Source: Sulfurospirillum sp. UBA12182 (GTDB lineage: Bacteria; Campylobacterota; Campylobacteria; Campylobacterales; Sulfurospirillaceae). From it: a stretch of DNA of 64,000 nucleotides. The stretch covers positions 125-64,124 of the forward strand of contig DLUF01000059.1 in NCBI GenBank assembly GCA_002742765.1, read 5' to 3'. This document shows positions 1-9,504 of this stretch, in pieces. The position numbers and the translations under genes are program-made. The notes below the pieces were generated by a model, which searched no databases, was not told the origin of the DNA, and saw only the letters and a program-made list of their open reading frames with translations. How positions within the stretch are numbered: the first letter of the stretch is position 1; every line of letters starts with the position of its first letter.

Positions 1-7
1 GGGGAGG

Positions 8-295
8 TTAATCCTCCCTTGCTTTTTTAGCACCCAAAATAAGTCTATATGAACCAGGAGTACCAGGTGGTACAAAGGCGATTCTATCACCGTTTTTTAG
101 GAGTGTTTCTTTGGGGTGAACTTTCCCATTGATAAATACAAACTCAACATCAGTATCAGTCAGATTATATTTTCTCATAAGCATTTTAGGAGTAGTATCT
201 TCTGGGATATTTAGTTTTGCATTGAGGTAGGGAATATTTTGTTTTTTTAGTTTTTCTCTTACGAAGTTAAAAGCATTAAAAGTAATCTCAATCAT
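8..295 (-). CDS. MoaD/ThiS-family beta-grasp (ubiquitin-like) small protein with non-canonical C-terminus
   Basis: ORF-track frame 8..424 trimmed to the internal ATG at 293-295 (MIEITF...). AGGAG (RC of 301-305) lies 5 nt upstream. 95 aa. The tail ...NGDRIAFVPPGTPG aligns with the MoaD/ThiS ...PPVSGG end, but there is no terminal Gly-Gly and a 14-aa extension SYRLILGAKKARED follows. Confidence 0.5.
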   Translation of the reverse strand: MIEITFNAFNFVREKLKKQNIPYLNAKLNIPEDTTPKMLMRKYNLTDTDVEFVFINGKVHPKETLLKNGDRIAFVPPGTPGSYRLILGAKKARED

Positions 296-337
296 AAAAA
301 CTCCTTTTGTATTATGATAGCATACAAGGATAGCAAA

Positions 338-1141
338 ATGAATGAAAAAATCGAAAAATTTCTCATAGAAAACTCTCAAGATGGTTTTGTATCTATGCTT
401 ACATGTAAAGAGTGTATGAAGCAATTTTCACTCAACTTACCAAGTGTAGAAAAAAAAGCATTTGAGTTAGGAATCTCTCCTTTACGCTACAAAAGAAATC
501 AAACTTCCATTAGTGTAGAAAACCAATTCAAACTTTTTAATGCTCACGTTGCCATCATAGGTTGTGGTGGATTAGGAGGGCATATAGCTGAAAATCTAGC
601 ACGATTAGGAGTTGGGAATCTTCGTTTATTTGATTTTGATGTTTTTGAAGAACACAATTTAAACCGTCAAAATTTTTCTCATTTTGGAGTTCTTGGAAAA
701 GAGAAAGCTTTGGTTGTTAAAGAGGGTTGCGAGAGAATCAATCCAGCTTTACATGTAAAAGCTTTTGTTCAAAAATTTGATGTTCAAAAAGACTTTGGCT
801 TGATAGAAGATTGTGATGTGATTATCGATGCTCTTGATGACCCACAAATCAAACTAGAACTTAGCTTTACATGTAAAGATAAAAAGAAGGATTTTATACA
901 TGGAGCAATCGCTGGTTTTAACACACAACACGCTAGTTGCATAAGCTTAGAACATCTGTATAAAAACGGAAGCAAAGGGATAGAAACAAGTGTTGGTAAT
1001 CCAGCTTTTACAGTCTCTTTTGCAGCATCTTTACAAAGCTTAGAGTGTGTGAAACTCATTTTGGGGCTCAAAGAGAATTTAGAAGGGAAAATCCTTCTTT
1101 GTAATTTGTTAGAAAATGAGTTTATTCTTCTTGATAATTAG
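338..1141 (+). CDS. ThiF/MoeB/HesA-family E1-like adenylyltransferase
   Basis: ATG at 338 is preceded by AAGGA (326-330); an alternative ATG is at 314. Nucleotide-binding motif IIGCGGLGGHIAENLARLGVGNLRLFDFDVFEEHNLNRQ. Divergent from the beta-grasp gene. Confidence 0.75.
   Translation: MNEKIEKFLIENSQDGFVSMLTCKECMKQFSLNLPSVEKKAFELGISPLRYKRNQTSISVENQFKLFNAHVAIIGCGGLGGHIAENLARLGVGNLRLFDFDVFEEHNLNRQNFSHFGVLGKEKALVVKEGCERINPALHVKAFVQKFDVQKDFGLIEDCDVIIDALDDPQIKLELSFTCKDKKKDFIHGAIAGFNTQHASCISLEHLYKNGSKGIETSVGNPAFTVSFAASLQSLECVKLILGLKENLEGKILLCNLLENEFILLDN
398..409. repeat. Iterated palindrome copy (1 mismatch)
   Basis: cTTACATGTAAA in the thiF-like CDS, read as LTCK. Confidence 0.9.
748..759. repeat. 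Iterated palindrome copy (perfect TTTACATGTAAA)
   Basis: In the thiF-like CDS, read as LHVK. Flanks are AGC...AGC. Confidence 0.95.
866..877. repeat. Iterated palindrome copy (perfect)
   Basis: Full 14-mer CTTTACATGTAAAG at 865-878, in the thiF-like CDS, read as FTCK. Confidence 0.95.
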
Positions 1142-2259
1142 AGGTTGTATTGGACTGATTTGTATGTTCTATCAAATCTAAAAGTGATGAGGTTTTCTAA
1201 GATACCAAAGAGAATCATAAAAGTTATAAAACTGCTTCCACCATAACTAAAAAAAGGTAGAGGGACTCCTACAACAGGAGCAAAACCTATGGTCATAGAG
1301 ATGTTAACCCCCATATACACAAACACTAAAAGTCCTATGGCAGTAGTGATGACTTGACCGAAGTAATCTTTATGAAATTTGATGTTGAGCGTTATGAGGT
1401 GCACTATCAAAAGAGCATAAGTGCTAATGAGTATCAAAGCGCCCCAAAATCCAAATCTCTCAACATAATAAGCGAAGATAAAATCACTCGTGGCGATGGG
1501 TAAAAATTTAAAATGAGTCTGTGTTGCGTCAACTTTGTCTTTACCATCAAGTCCACCGCTACCAATTGCTATGATGGATTGTTTGACGTGATAGCTAGGT
1601 TTTTCTGAGACAAAATCTAAAATTCTTTTTTTTTGGTAGTCGTGTAGTGAATTGTACAAAAACGGGCCACTTATACCGATGCCAATCGCTAAAATAATCC
1701 AGATTTTTTTATTGACCCCGATAACAAAAAGAGTGACATAACCAACTATAAGTAGTACCATAGCAGTTCCCAAATCAGGCTCTTTTGCTATGAGAAAAAA
1801 AGGTAAAAGTATGTAAAAACTGAGTTTAAAAAAATCTTTCCAACCATAACCTTCAGTATCTGGAGGATTGTGTTTGATGAGATACGCTAACATAAGGATA
1901 AAGGCTGGTTTAAGTATCTCTGAGGGTTGGATAGTAAAGTGAACAAAAGGGATTTCGAGCCATCTTTTTGCACCTAGTTTAGAAATTCCAAAAAATTCTA
2001 CACTTACAAGAAGAGCAACGCTTACCCAGTAAAAAAAAGGGATAAACCACTCAAGCTTACGAATGGGCATAAGAAAAAAGAAGAGGAAAGTTGCAAATCC
2101 AACAGTAAAATAGACTATCTGTTTGTTAGCAAGAATAGAATTTGCTTCCGAGACAAGATAGAAGGATAAAGCAACAATAGGAATAACCAACATAGGAATT
2201 AAAAAATCAAAATGTGTTAAGATACGCCTATCGATTTGTAACAAGCCAAAATTCCTCAT
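1138..2259 (-). CDS. rodA: SEDS-family peptidoglycan glycosyltransferase (RodA/FtsW type, probably RodA)
   Basis: 373-aa polytopic membrane protein with the SEDS hallmark ...VPLPFFSYGGSS... Its 3' end overlaps the convergent thiF-like stop by 4 nt. Confidence 0.7.
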   Translation of the reverse strand: MRNFGLLQIDRRILTHFDFLIPMLVIPIVALSFYLVSEANSILANKQIVYFTVGFATFLFFFLMPIRKLEWFIPFFYWVSVALLVSVEFFGISKLGAKRWLEIPFVHFTIQPSEILKPAFILMLAYLIKHNPPDTEGYGWKDFFKLSFYILLPFFLIAKEPDLGTAMVLLIVGYVTLFVIGVNKKIWIILAIGIGISGPFLYNSLHDYQKKRILDFVSEKPSYHVKQSIIAIGSGGLDGKDKVDATQTHFKFLPIATSDFIFAYYVERFGFWGALILISTYALLIVHLITLNIKFHKDYFGQVITTAIGLLVFVYMGVNISMTIGFAPVVGVPLPFFSYGGSSFITFMILFGILENLITFRFDRTYKSVQYNL

Positions 2260-2295
2260 AAAGTTTTTGCAAGTATAACAAAATTAGGGAGAATA

Positions 2296-3255
2296 ATGAA
2301 GATTAAAAATGATGAGGCTGGACGTTTAGATGCTATTTTGAGTAAACATCTTCAAGAACCAAGAAATCAAGTGGAAAAACTGATAAAAAACATCGGAGTT
2401 TTAGTAGATGGCGCCTTGGTAAAAAAGGGTAGCAAAAAGCTTGAAGGAGATGAAGTTATCGAATATGAGTTTGTGAAAGCCCAAAAGGCCAAAGAGAGCT
2501 ATGAAGTGGATTTTGAGGTCGAGATTTTATATGAAGATGAGCATCTTTTAGTGGTGAATAAACCTCCATTTCTAACAGTACACCCAGCCCCTAGTGTTAA
2601 AGAGGTAACACTTGTTGATTGGCTTATAAAAAAAGGAGTTTCTCTCTCAACAATTAGTGGTGAAGAGAGGCATGGAATCGTCCATAGAATTGATAAAGAA
2701 ACAAGCGGAGCTTTGGTTGTTGCAAAAAGCAATGAAGCACATTTAAAACTAAGTACGCAGTTAGAAGATAAAAGTATGGGAAGATATTATTTGGCTTTAG
2801 TTGATTTGCCTTTAAAGCAAGATGAAATCGTAGAAAAACCTATCGGAAGAAATGCGAGCAATAGACTAAAAATGGCAGTTGTTGCAACTGGAAGATATGC
2901 AAAAAGTGCTTTTTCAAAACTCTGTTTATCTAAAGATGAAAAAGCAGAGCTATTAAGTGTAAAGCTCTTTACTGGGAGAACGCATCAGATAAGAGTACAT
3001 TTAAATTCACTTTCTCGCCATATACTAGGCGATAGTTTATACGGTTTTAAGAGCCAAAATAGTAAAATATCTAGGGTTATGTTACATGCATATATAATCT
3101 ACTTTCAACATCCTATAACAGGAAAGAAAATGCAAGTAACAGCACCTTTGTTTGAAGACTTTAAAGAGATACTCGAAAAACATTTTCAAAAGGATTGTAT
3201 AGATGAAAAACTTAATGAAAATTTTATCATTAGCCATTTTAATTCTTTTTGTTAG
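2296..3255 (+). CDS. RluD/RluC-type 23S rRNA pseudouridine synthase
   Basis: S4-like N-terminus, catalytic HRIDKETSGALVVAK and GRTHQIRVHL motifs. GGGAG lies upstream of the ATG. Confidence 0.8.
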   Translation: MKIKNDEAGRLDAILSKHLQEPRNQVEKLIKNIGVLVDGALVKKGSKKLEGDEVIEYEFVKAQKAKESYEVDFEVEILYEDEHLLVVNKPPFLTVHPAPSVKEVTLVDWLIKKGVSLSTISGEERHGIVHRIDKETSGALVVAKSNEAHLKLSTQLEDKSMGRYYLALVDLPLKQDEIVEKPIGRNASNRLKMAVVATGRYAKSAFSKLCLSKDEKAELLSVKLFTGRTHQIRVHLNSLSRHILGDSLYGFKSQNSKISRVMLHAYIIYFQHPITGKKMQVTAPLFEDFKEILEKHFQKDCIDEKLNENFIISHFNSFC

Positions 3256-4441
3256 TGGATGTCAAAATTCACCAACACCACCAGCTAAGCCAGTTGTAGA
3301 TGAAACTTTACCAGTTTTAAAAGATATTAAATTTTTAAGTGAGATTACAGAGATTGGTTTTGAGTGGCAACCTAGTTATGATGAGAGAGTTGATGGATAT
3401 TATGTCTATCGCTCAAATCCAAAAAATCCAAATGGCAAGTTAGAAAGGATTGCAACTTTAGAGGATAAATATATCTCACACTATGTTGATACAAAACTAA
3501 CTCCTGAAACGCTATATCATTATAGGTTTTCAACTTTTTCTAAAGAAAAAAGAGAGTCAATTCCAAGCGATGTTGTAAGTGCTACAACAAAACCACTTAT
3601 AGAATCAGTAACCTTTTTAAAGGCTATTGCAGGTTTACCACATAGAGTAAAATTGATTTGGCGTCCACATCCTTTTGATAGAGTTGAGAGTTATGTTATC
3701 CAAAGAAGTGAGTTTAGCTCTACAAAATGGGAAGAGTTAGCAGTAGTAAATGGTAGGTTAAATGTAGAATATATCGATGGTGGCTTAAAAGACAATCATG
3801 TTTATAAATATAGAGTTTTGGTAAAAACATATGATGGTTTAGTTTCAAAACCAAGCGAGATAGTCGAAGCTGGAACGAAACCACTGCCTAATCCTATCGA
3901 AAATTTGCAAGCATCAACAACGCTACCAAAGAAGATAGCACTTACTTGGAATCCTTCTGTTCAAAAAGATTTTTCTTATTATAAAGTTTATAGAGCGCTA
4001 AATCCTCTGTTATTTTACTCTTATAGAGCAAAAACAGTAGAGCCAAGGTTTGATGATTTGGTAGATGAAAATGGAAAAGTTTATTACTATAAAGTTACAG
4101 CTGTTGATAAAGATGGTTTAGAGTCTTATAAACAAGATACGGCTGTTGCGGGTTCAACTTTAGGTATACCAAAAGAGGTTGTTGTCCTCTCCGCAAATCA
4201 TGATGGAAGAAGCATTAACATAGTATGGGATAGTGAGGATAACAGAGCAGTCAAATACAACCTAATTAAAAGTTTTAATTCACAAAAACAAGTCATCACA
4301 GGTATAAATGTTAAAAATTATACAGACAAAGATGTAATCCCTGGTGTTGAGTACAAGTACAATATCGTAGCAGTTGACGAGTATGGTCTGGCTTCTAATC
4401 CAACTGATGATGTTATCGTTATAATTCCAAAGGAGCAGTAG
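3203..4441 (+). CDS. flpA: Fibronectin type III repeat lipoprotein (FlpA-like)
   Basis: Lipobox LFVSGC. Four roughly 95-aa FN3-like repeats (…YxYRV/YKV..D..G..S…). Its position between the pseudouridine synthase and trmB matches the C. jejuni flpA locus as I recall it. Confidence 0.6.
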   Translation: MKNLMKILSLAILILFVSGCQNSPTPPAKPVVDETLPVLKDIKFLSEITEIGFEWQPSYDERVDGYYVYRSNPKNPNGKLERIATLEDKYISHYVDTKLTPETLYHYRFSTFSKEKRESIPSDVVSATTKPLIESVTFLKAIAGLPHRVKLIWRPHPFDRVESYVIQRSEFSSTKWEELAVVNGRLNVEYIDGGLKDNHVYKYRVLVKTYDGLVSKPSEIVEAGTKPLPNPIENLQASTTLPKKIALTWNPSVQKDFSYYKVYRALNPLLFYSYRAKTVEPRFDDLVDENGKVYYYKVTAVDKDGLESYKQDTAVAGSTLGIPKEVVVLSANHDGRSINIVWDSEDNRAVKYNLIKSFNSQKQVITGINVKNYTDKDVIPGVEYKYNIVAVDEYGLASNPTDDVIVIIPKEQ

Positions 4442-4446
4442 TCTTA

Positions 4447-5622
4447 ATGCCAAATTTTCATGCTAAAGAGGTCGTTGTCCCAAAATTACCAGCATTTTAT
4501 GGGGAAACAACTTTTCATTTTAAAGCGACTGCTGCACGAGGAGAAGAGCTAATCTTTGTTACATGTAAAAACGAAGATTTTCTTCTTAAAATTCAAAAGC
4601 ATAAAGATTCTTATCTTCTAAAAGGAGATAAGATTTCTCGTCCTACCCAAGTTTCTATCTTGCAAAAAGCTTTAAGAGATTTAAGAGATTTGTGTAGTAT
4701 TCAAGCTTATAACTCCAATATAGATATTTTTAAAGACAGAAGAGTTGAAATATCACCTTATCTGAAAAAAATAGAGTATTTTGCAAATGAGTTTGAAGAA
4801 AAAAGAGATATCCTAATCGAAATAGGCTTTGGAAGTGGAAGACATCTACTTTATCAAGCAAAGAAAAATCCAAATAGTCTCATAGTAGGAATTGAAATCC
4901 ATAAACCCTCTATCGAGCAAGTTTTAAAGCAATGTGAATTACAAAATATAAGCAATGTTTTGATTTTAGATTATGATGCAAGAGTTTTCTTAGAATTTCT
5001 TCCTTCCAACAGTGCTAAACAAATTTTTGTTCATTTCCCTGTTCCTTGGGATAAAAAACCCCATCGAAGAGTTATGAGTGAAAGGTTTATAAATGAAGCA
5101 AAGAGAGTTTTGCAACCACAAGGTACTTTAGAGTTAAGAACAGATAGTGACAACTACTTTGAGTACTCTTTCTTTGAGATGATGAAACAAAAAAAGATAG
5201 AGGTTAGAGTCAATAAAAATCGAGATTTAGAAATCAGTAGCAAATACGAAGATAGATGGAAAAGGCAAGAAAAAAACATCTATGATATAACCATGTATAA
5301 CTTTGAGGACTCGCCAAGTATAGCAAAGATAGAAAAGCTAAGATTTGAAAATCCAGTTGATTTTCGTTTGCTTAGAGAAAAATTTGAAAAGAAAGTTATC
5401 AGAGGAGTAGACTTTTTTGCGCACTTTGAAGAGATATTTGAAATTGATGCACAAAGTGGATTTTTAAGAGTCTCTTTTGGTGGTGGAGAGAGAAATGAAC
5501 ATAACTATATCTATATTACCCCTTCTTCGACTGCATATTTTCCTGATAATGTTTTAGCTACAAAAGATAATGTAAATGCACACAAACTAATAGAAGAGAT
5601 ACTACATGGAACATGTCATTAA
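4447..5622 (+). CDS. trmB: tRNA (guanine-N7)-methyltransferase with long N-terminal extension
   Basis: SAM-MTase motif IEIGFGSGRHL and the TrmB-type FPVPWDKKPHRRV in the C-terminal half. Confidence 0.75.
   Translation: MPNFHAKEVVVPKLPAFYGETTFHFKATAARGEELIFVTCKNEDFLLKIQKHKDSYLLKGDKISRPTQVSILQKALRDLRDLCSIQAYNSNIDIFKDRRVEISPYLKKIEYFANEFEEKRDILIEIGFGSGRHLLYQAKKNPNSLIVGIEIHKPSIEQVLKQCELQNISNVLILDYDARVFLEFLPSNSAKQIFVHFPVPWDKKPHRRVMSERFINEAKRVLQPQGTLELRTDSDNYFEYSFFEMMKQKKIEVRVNKNRDLEISSKYEDRWKRQEKNIYDITMYNFEDSPSIAKIEKLRFENPVDFRLLREKFEKKVIRGVDFFAHFEEIFEIDAQSGFLRVSFGGGERNEHNYIYITPSSTAYFPDNVLATKDNVNAHKLIEEILHGTCH
4558..4569. repeat. Iterated palindrome copy (1 mismatch)
   Basis: gTTACATGTAAA in trmB, read as VTCK. 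Confidence 0.9.
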
Positions 5623-6277
5623 TGCAAACAAGATAACGATAGGCTATGGGAAAGATGAACCAGTTATTACTGAAGTTGATATGGCTATTAAGCCCCATGA
5701 ATTTGTTTTTATCACAGGAAAAAGTGGTAGTGGTAAATCTACAATCTTAAAGTCTCTTTATGGAGAACTCTCTCCGTTTAGCGGAAGTTTAAATGTGTGT
5801 GGGGTCGATATCAAAAATATCTCGACATCAAACCTAAATCTTTTAAGAAGATATCTAGGTATAGTTTTCCAAGATTATCGCTTGATTAATGAGTGGAGTG
5901 TTGAAAAAAATGTGATGCTACCACTTATGATAGGTGGATTTTCTAAAGGAGTGAGCTTAAAACAAGCTCATAAACTCTTAAAACATGTGAATCTTTTACA
6001 TAAAGCGGATAAATATCCGATGGAACTCAGTGGTGGAGAGCAACAAAGAGTTGCTATGGCAAGAGCATTGGCTCATAATCCAGTGATGATTTTAGCAGAT
6101 GAGCCGACAGGAAATCTTGATGAATACTCAAGTGAGCTTATCTGGGATTTACTTAAAAATGCAAGAGATCATCTAGGAACGACCGTAGTGGTTGTAACGC
6201 ATCATATCCCACCGACTTTGGGGATTGATTATAAACACTACTTTTTGGAAAGTGGGGTACTTTATGAAGTCTCTTAA
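5606..6277 (+). CDS. ftsE: FtsE-like ABC transporter ATP-binding protein
   Basis: Walker A GKSGSGKST, signature LSGGEQQR, Walker B ILADEPTGNLD. Followed by an FtsX-like permease. Confidence 0.75.
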   Translation: MEHVINANKITIGYGKDEPVITEVDMAIKPHEFVFITGKSGSGKSTILKSLYGELSPFSGSLNVCGVDIKNISTSNLNLLRRYLGIVFQDYRLINEWSVEKNVMLPLMIGGFSKGVSLKQAHKLLKHVNLLHKADKYPMELSGGEQQRVAMARALAHNPVMILADEPTGNLDEYSSELIWDLLKNARDHLGTTVVVVTHHIPPTLGIDYKHYFLESGVLYEVS

Positions 6278-7073
6278 AAATCACATCTCCGTTATCATTC
6301 CTCTTTTTGTACTTCTTTTTTCCATTCAATTTACTTTTTCTATCAAAAATATCGTAGAAGGGTATGAGCTGAAACTTATCGAAGAGTATTCTATCGTTAT
6401 CGTTTCACAAAAACCCTTAGAAGAGAGTGTGATTAAAAATAAGGTAGCAGGAGTGAGGAGTTTGACTCCAATTAGTTCAAAAAATATCTTAGATAGACTC
6501 AAAAAAGATTTATCCTCTCAAAATTTAGCTTTATTAAAAGTCTCTTTACCAAATTTTTACTCTGTAAAACTAGATAGACTCCCTAGTGAAGAAGAGTTAG
6601 AAAGAATTACTAAAAACTTTAAAAGTATAAACTCTATAACGAAGGTAGAAACTTTTGTAAAAACACATACAAAAGTTTATAAGATGTTTCATTTTATTCA
6701 AGTTTTGTCTTATATGTTTGCAGGTTTAATATTGATTATCTCTGTACTTTTGATTTTTAAACAGATGAAAATCTGGTTACTCGAACATCAAGAGAGAATG
6801 TCTATTATGACACTTTTTGGAGCACCTTTTTGGATGAAAAGCATTTTTTTATATAAGTTAGGACTTATTGATTCATTTATAAGTTCTCTTTTGGTGAGCC
6901 TTCTTTTTTGGTATGTTCCAAAAAGAGATGATTTTGTAAATTTTTTACATTCACTAGGAGTAGAAGTGTATAGCTTTGAAATTTTTAAAGATACTTTGAC
7001 ACTTCTTGGCATATCAGTAGTTTTCTCTCTTTTTATTGTGACACTAGTTATCTCAAAGCTGAATAACAGATGA
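6264..7073 (+). CDS. FtsX-like ABC permease
   Basis: Start moved to ATG 6264 (MKSLKNHISVIIPLF...), overlapping the ftsE end. One N-terminal TM, a periplasmic loop and three C-terminal TMs. Confidence 0.6.
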   Translation: MKSLKNHISVIIPLFVLLFSIQFTFSIKNIVEGYELKLIEEYSIVIVSQKPLEESVIKNKVAGVRSLTPISSKNILDRLKKDLSSQNLALLKVSLPNFYSVKLDRLPSEEELERITKNFKSINSITKVETFVKTHTKVYKMFHFIQVLSYMFAGLILIISVLLIFKQMKIWLLEHQERMSIMTLFGAPFWMKSIFLYKLGLIDSFISSLLVSLLFWYVPKRDDFVNFLHSLGVEVYSFEIFKDTLTLLGISVVFSLFIVTLVISKLNNR

Positions 7074-8281
7074 AAAAGACTTTTTTATACTTTGCTTTGT
7101 CTGGTTTTTTGTTTGCCAATGTAGATACACAAATAGCAAAAAACCAAGATATTCTCCGACAAAAAAGTCAGATTGAAAGAAGTATTGCAAGAAAACTAAA
7201 TGAAGTAGCAAAAGAGATTTTAGATGAACAAGCAGAGTTAGAGAAGATTACTGAGGAGATAGAGAGATTAAGTATAAGCATAGAGAAAAATAAAAACCTG
7301 ATCAAAGATAAAGAGGAAAATTTAGAGGATTTAACCCAGCAAAATACAAAACTTATAAACTCCAGAAAAGAGTTAGAGGAAAAAATCGTCAAAATTATCG
7401 CACAAGATTTTTCATTTTATCTTATCTCTGATAAAGATTATTTAGATAGTGAAGATAGTATTTTAGTCGAAGAAGTTTTAGAAAAGATGGATGTTATCAT
7501 GCGTAAAGAGTTTGCGAAACTCTCAAGAGAGTATAAGAGTATTAACTCCAAGATAGATACGCAAGCTAGTCAAATAGAGGATTTAAAAAAATCCATCGAA
7601 GAGTTAAAAGATGAAAAAGTTCAAAAATCTTCCTTGAAAAAAAGACAAGAAAACATTATCGCAACGCTAGATAAGAAAAAAAGAGAGTACAAACAACAGT
7701 TAGAGAGAATCGAAGAAGAGAGGCAAGCACTTAGAAAAACTTTGGAACAGTTAAAGATAGTTAAAGAGCAAGAAGCTGAAGAAAAAAGACGCCAAGAAGA
7801 GATGCAAAGAGCCTTAAAAGAGCAAAATGTAGGGGATAAAGTTACTGTAAGGCAGATAGGCTCTTCTTATCAAGGGAGTCAGTACAAAAAGTACCATGGC
7901 TCAAAAACGATAGCTCCATTAGAAGATTTTACAGTCAAGAGAAAATTTGGAAATTATATAGATCCGATTTATAAAATCAAGATTTTCAATGAATCAGTTA
8001 TATTAAGTTCCAATGTTCCCAATGCAAAAGTTCAAAATGTTTTAGATGGAAAAGTTATCTATGCAAAAGATACAGCTGTTTTAGAAAAAGTTGTCATCGT
8101 AGAAAATAGCTATGGAATCCATACGATTTATGCACATCTTTCTAAGATAGCACCGACTATAAAAGTAGGTGAAAAGATAAGAAAAGGATATGTTATAGGT
8201 AGGGTAGAGCAAGATTTAACATTTGAAGTTACTCAAAAGAATTATCATATAGATCCTTTAGAACTCATAACTGTTAAATAA
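7070..8281 (+). CDS. Coiled-coil M23/LytM peptidase (EnvC-like)
   Basis: ATGA overlap with the upstream gene. Signal peptide, long E/K-rich coiled coil and a C-terminal LytM-like block (GKVIYA...VVIVENSYGIHTIYAHLS). Confidence 0.7.
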   Translation: MKKTFLYFALSGFLFANVDTQIAKNQDILRQKSQIERSIARKLNEVAKEILDEQAELEKITEEIERLSISIEKNKNLIKDKEENLEDLTQQNTKLINSRKELEEKIVKIIAQDFSFYLISDKDYLDSEDSILVEEVLEKMDVIMRKEFAKLSREYKSINSKIDTQASQIEDLKKSIEELKDEKVQKSSLKKRQENIIATLDKKKREYKQQLERIEEERQALRKTLEQLKIVKEQEAEEKRRQEEMQRALKEQNVGDKVTVRQIGSSYQGSQYKKYHGSKTIAPLEDFTVKRKFGNYIDPIYKIKIFNESVILSSNVPNAKVQNVLDGKVIYAKDTAVLEKVVIVENSYGIHTIYAHLSKIAPTIKVGEKIRKGYVIGRVEQDLTFEVTQKNYHIDPLELITVK

Positions 8282-8290
8282 GCTTTTTAG

Positions 8291-9060
<770 letters not shown>

Positions 9061-9061
<1 letters not shown>

Positions 9062-9183
9062 GTAAGTTCTAGGCGTAAGCCTAGCTTTCTCGAAGAGAGT
9101 GATTTGCTAACGCAAACCGCTTCGCTTCACAAGAGTGAGATGAATTTGAGAGTGGCTTTGCCACTTTCAAAGAAGACAGTTAA
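9061..9183 (+). repeat. Intergenic tandem repeat, long copy (pyrH-rpoZ spacer)
   Basis: Starts at the pyrH stop. Contains the CTAGGC-GTAA-GCCTAG and AGTGGC-TTT-GCCACT hairpins plus a ~45-nt segment absent from copy 2. Confidence 0.8.
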
Positions 9184-9262
9184 AGTAAGTTCTAGGCGTA
9201 AGCCTAAGCTTCAGTGAGATGAATTTGAGAGTGGCTTTGCCACTTTCAAAGAAGACAGTTAA
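9184..9262 (+). repeat. Intergenic tandem repeat, short copy
   Basis: AGTAAGTTCTAGGCGTAAGCCTA... and ...GTGAGATGAATTTGAGAGTGGCTTTGCCACTTTCAAAGAAGACAGTTAA are identical to copy 1. Confidence 0.8.
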
Positions 9263-9279
9263 ATAAAAAAGGAAAAAAC

Positions 9280-9492
9280 ATGAGAACAGAACAAATAGCA
9301 GCAGAAGCTTTAAAAGCAGTAAATGATGATAGATATAAACTCTCTTTGCTTGTAGCAAAAAGAGCAGAACAGCTTTCAAATGGTGCAGAACCAGTTATCA
9401 AAGCGGATAAAGCAAAAGAGAAATTTACAGATATCGCTCTCAAAGAGATAGCATCTGGCAAAATTACTATGGATTACATTAGCGAAAACTAA
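9280..9492 (+). CDS. rpoZ: RNA polymerase omega subunit
   Basis: 70 aa with ...NDDRYKLSLLVAKRAEQL.... Located between pyrH and spoT. AAGGAAAA lies upstream. Confidence 0.75.
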   Translation: MRTEQIAAEALKAVNDDRYKLSLLVAKRAEQLSNGAEPVIKADKAKEKFTDIALKEIASGKITMDYISEN

Positions 9493-9504
9493 CTAGGATA
9501 TACA

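Noticed and set aside
784-1071. Antisense or shadow ORFs from the six-frame track (e.g. 784..1071, 2499..2732, 8296..8541, 8557..9000, 13360..13635, 17906..18301, 29781..30050, 36006..36518, 42266..42700, 46340..46621, 58116..58403, 62632..62958)
   Set aside because: Each lies inside and opposite (or out of frame with) a long gene that has clear family motifs. They have low-complexity or odd composition and no RBS.
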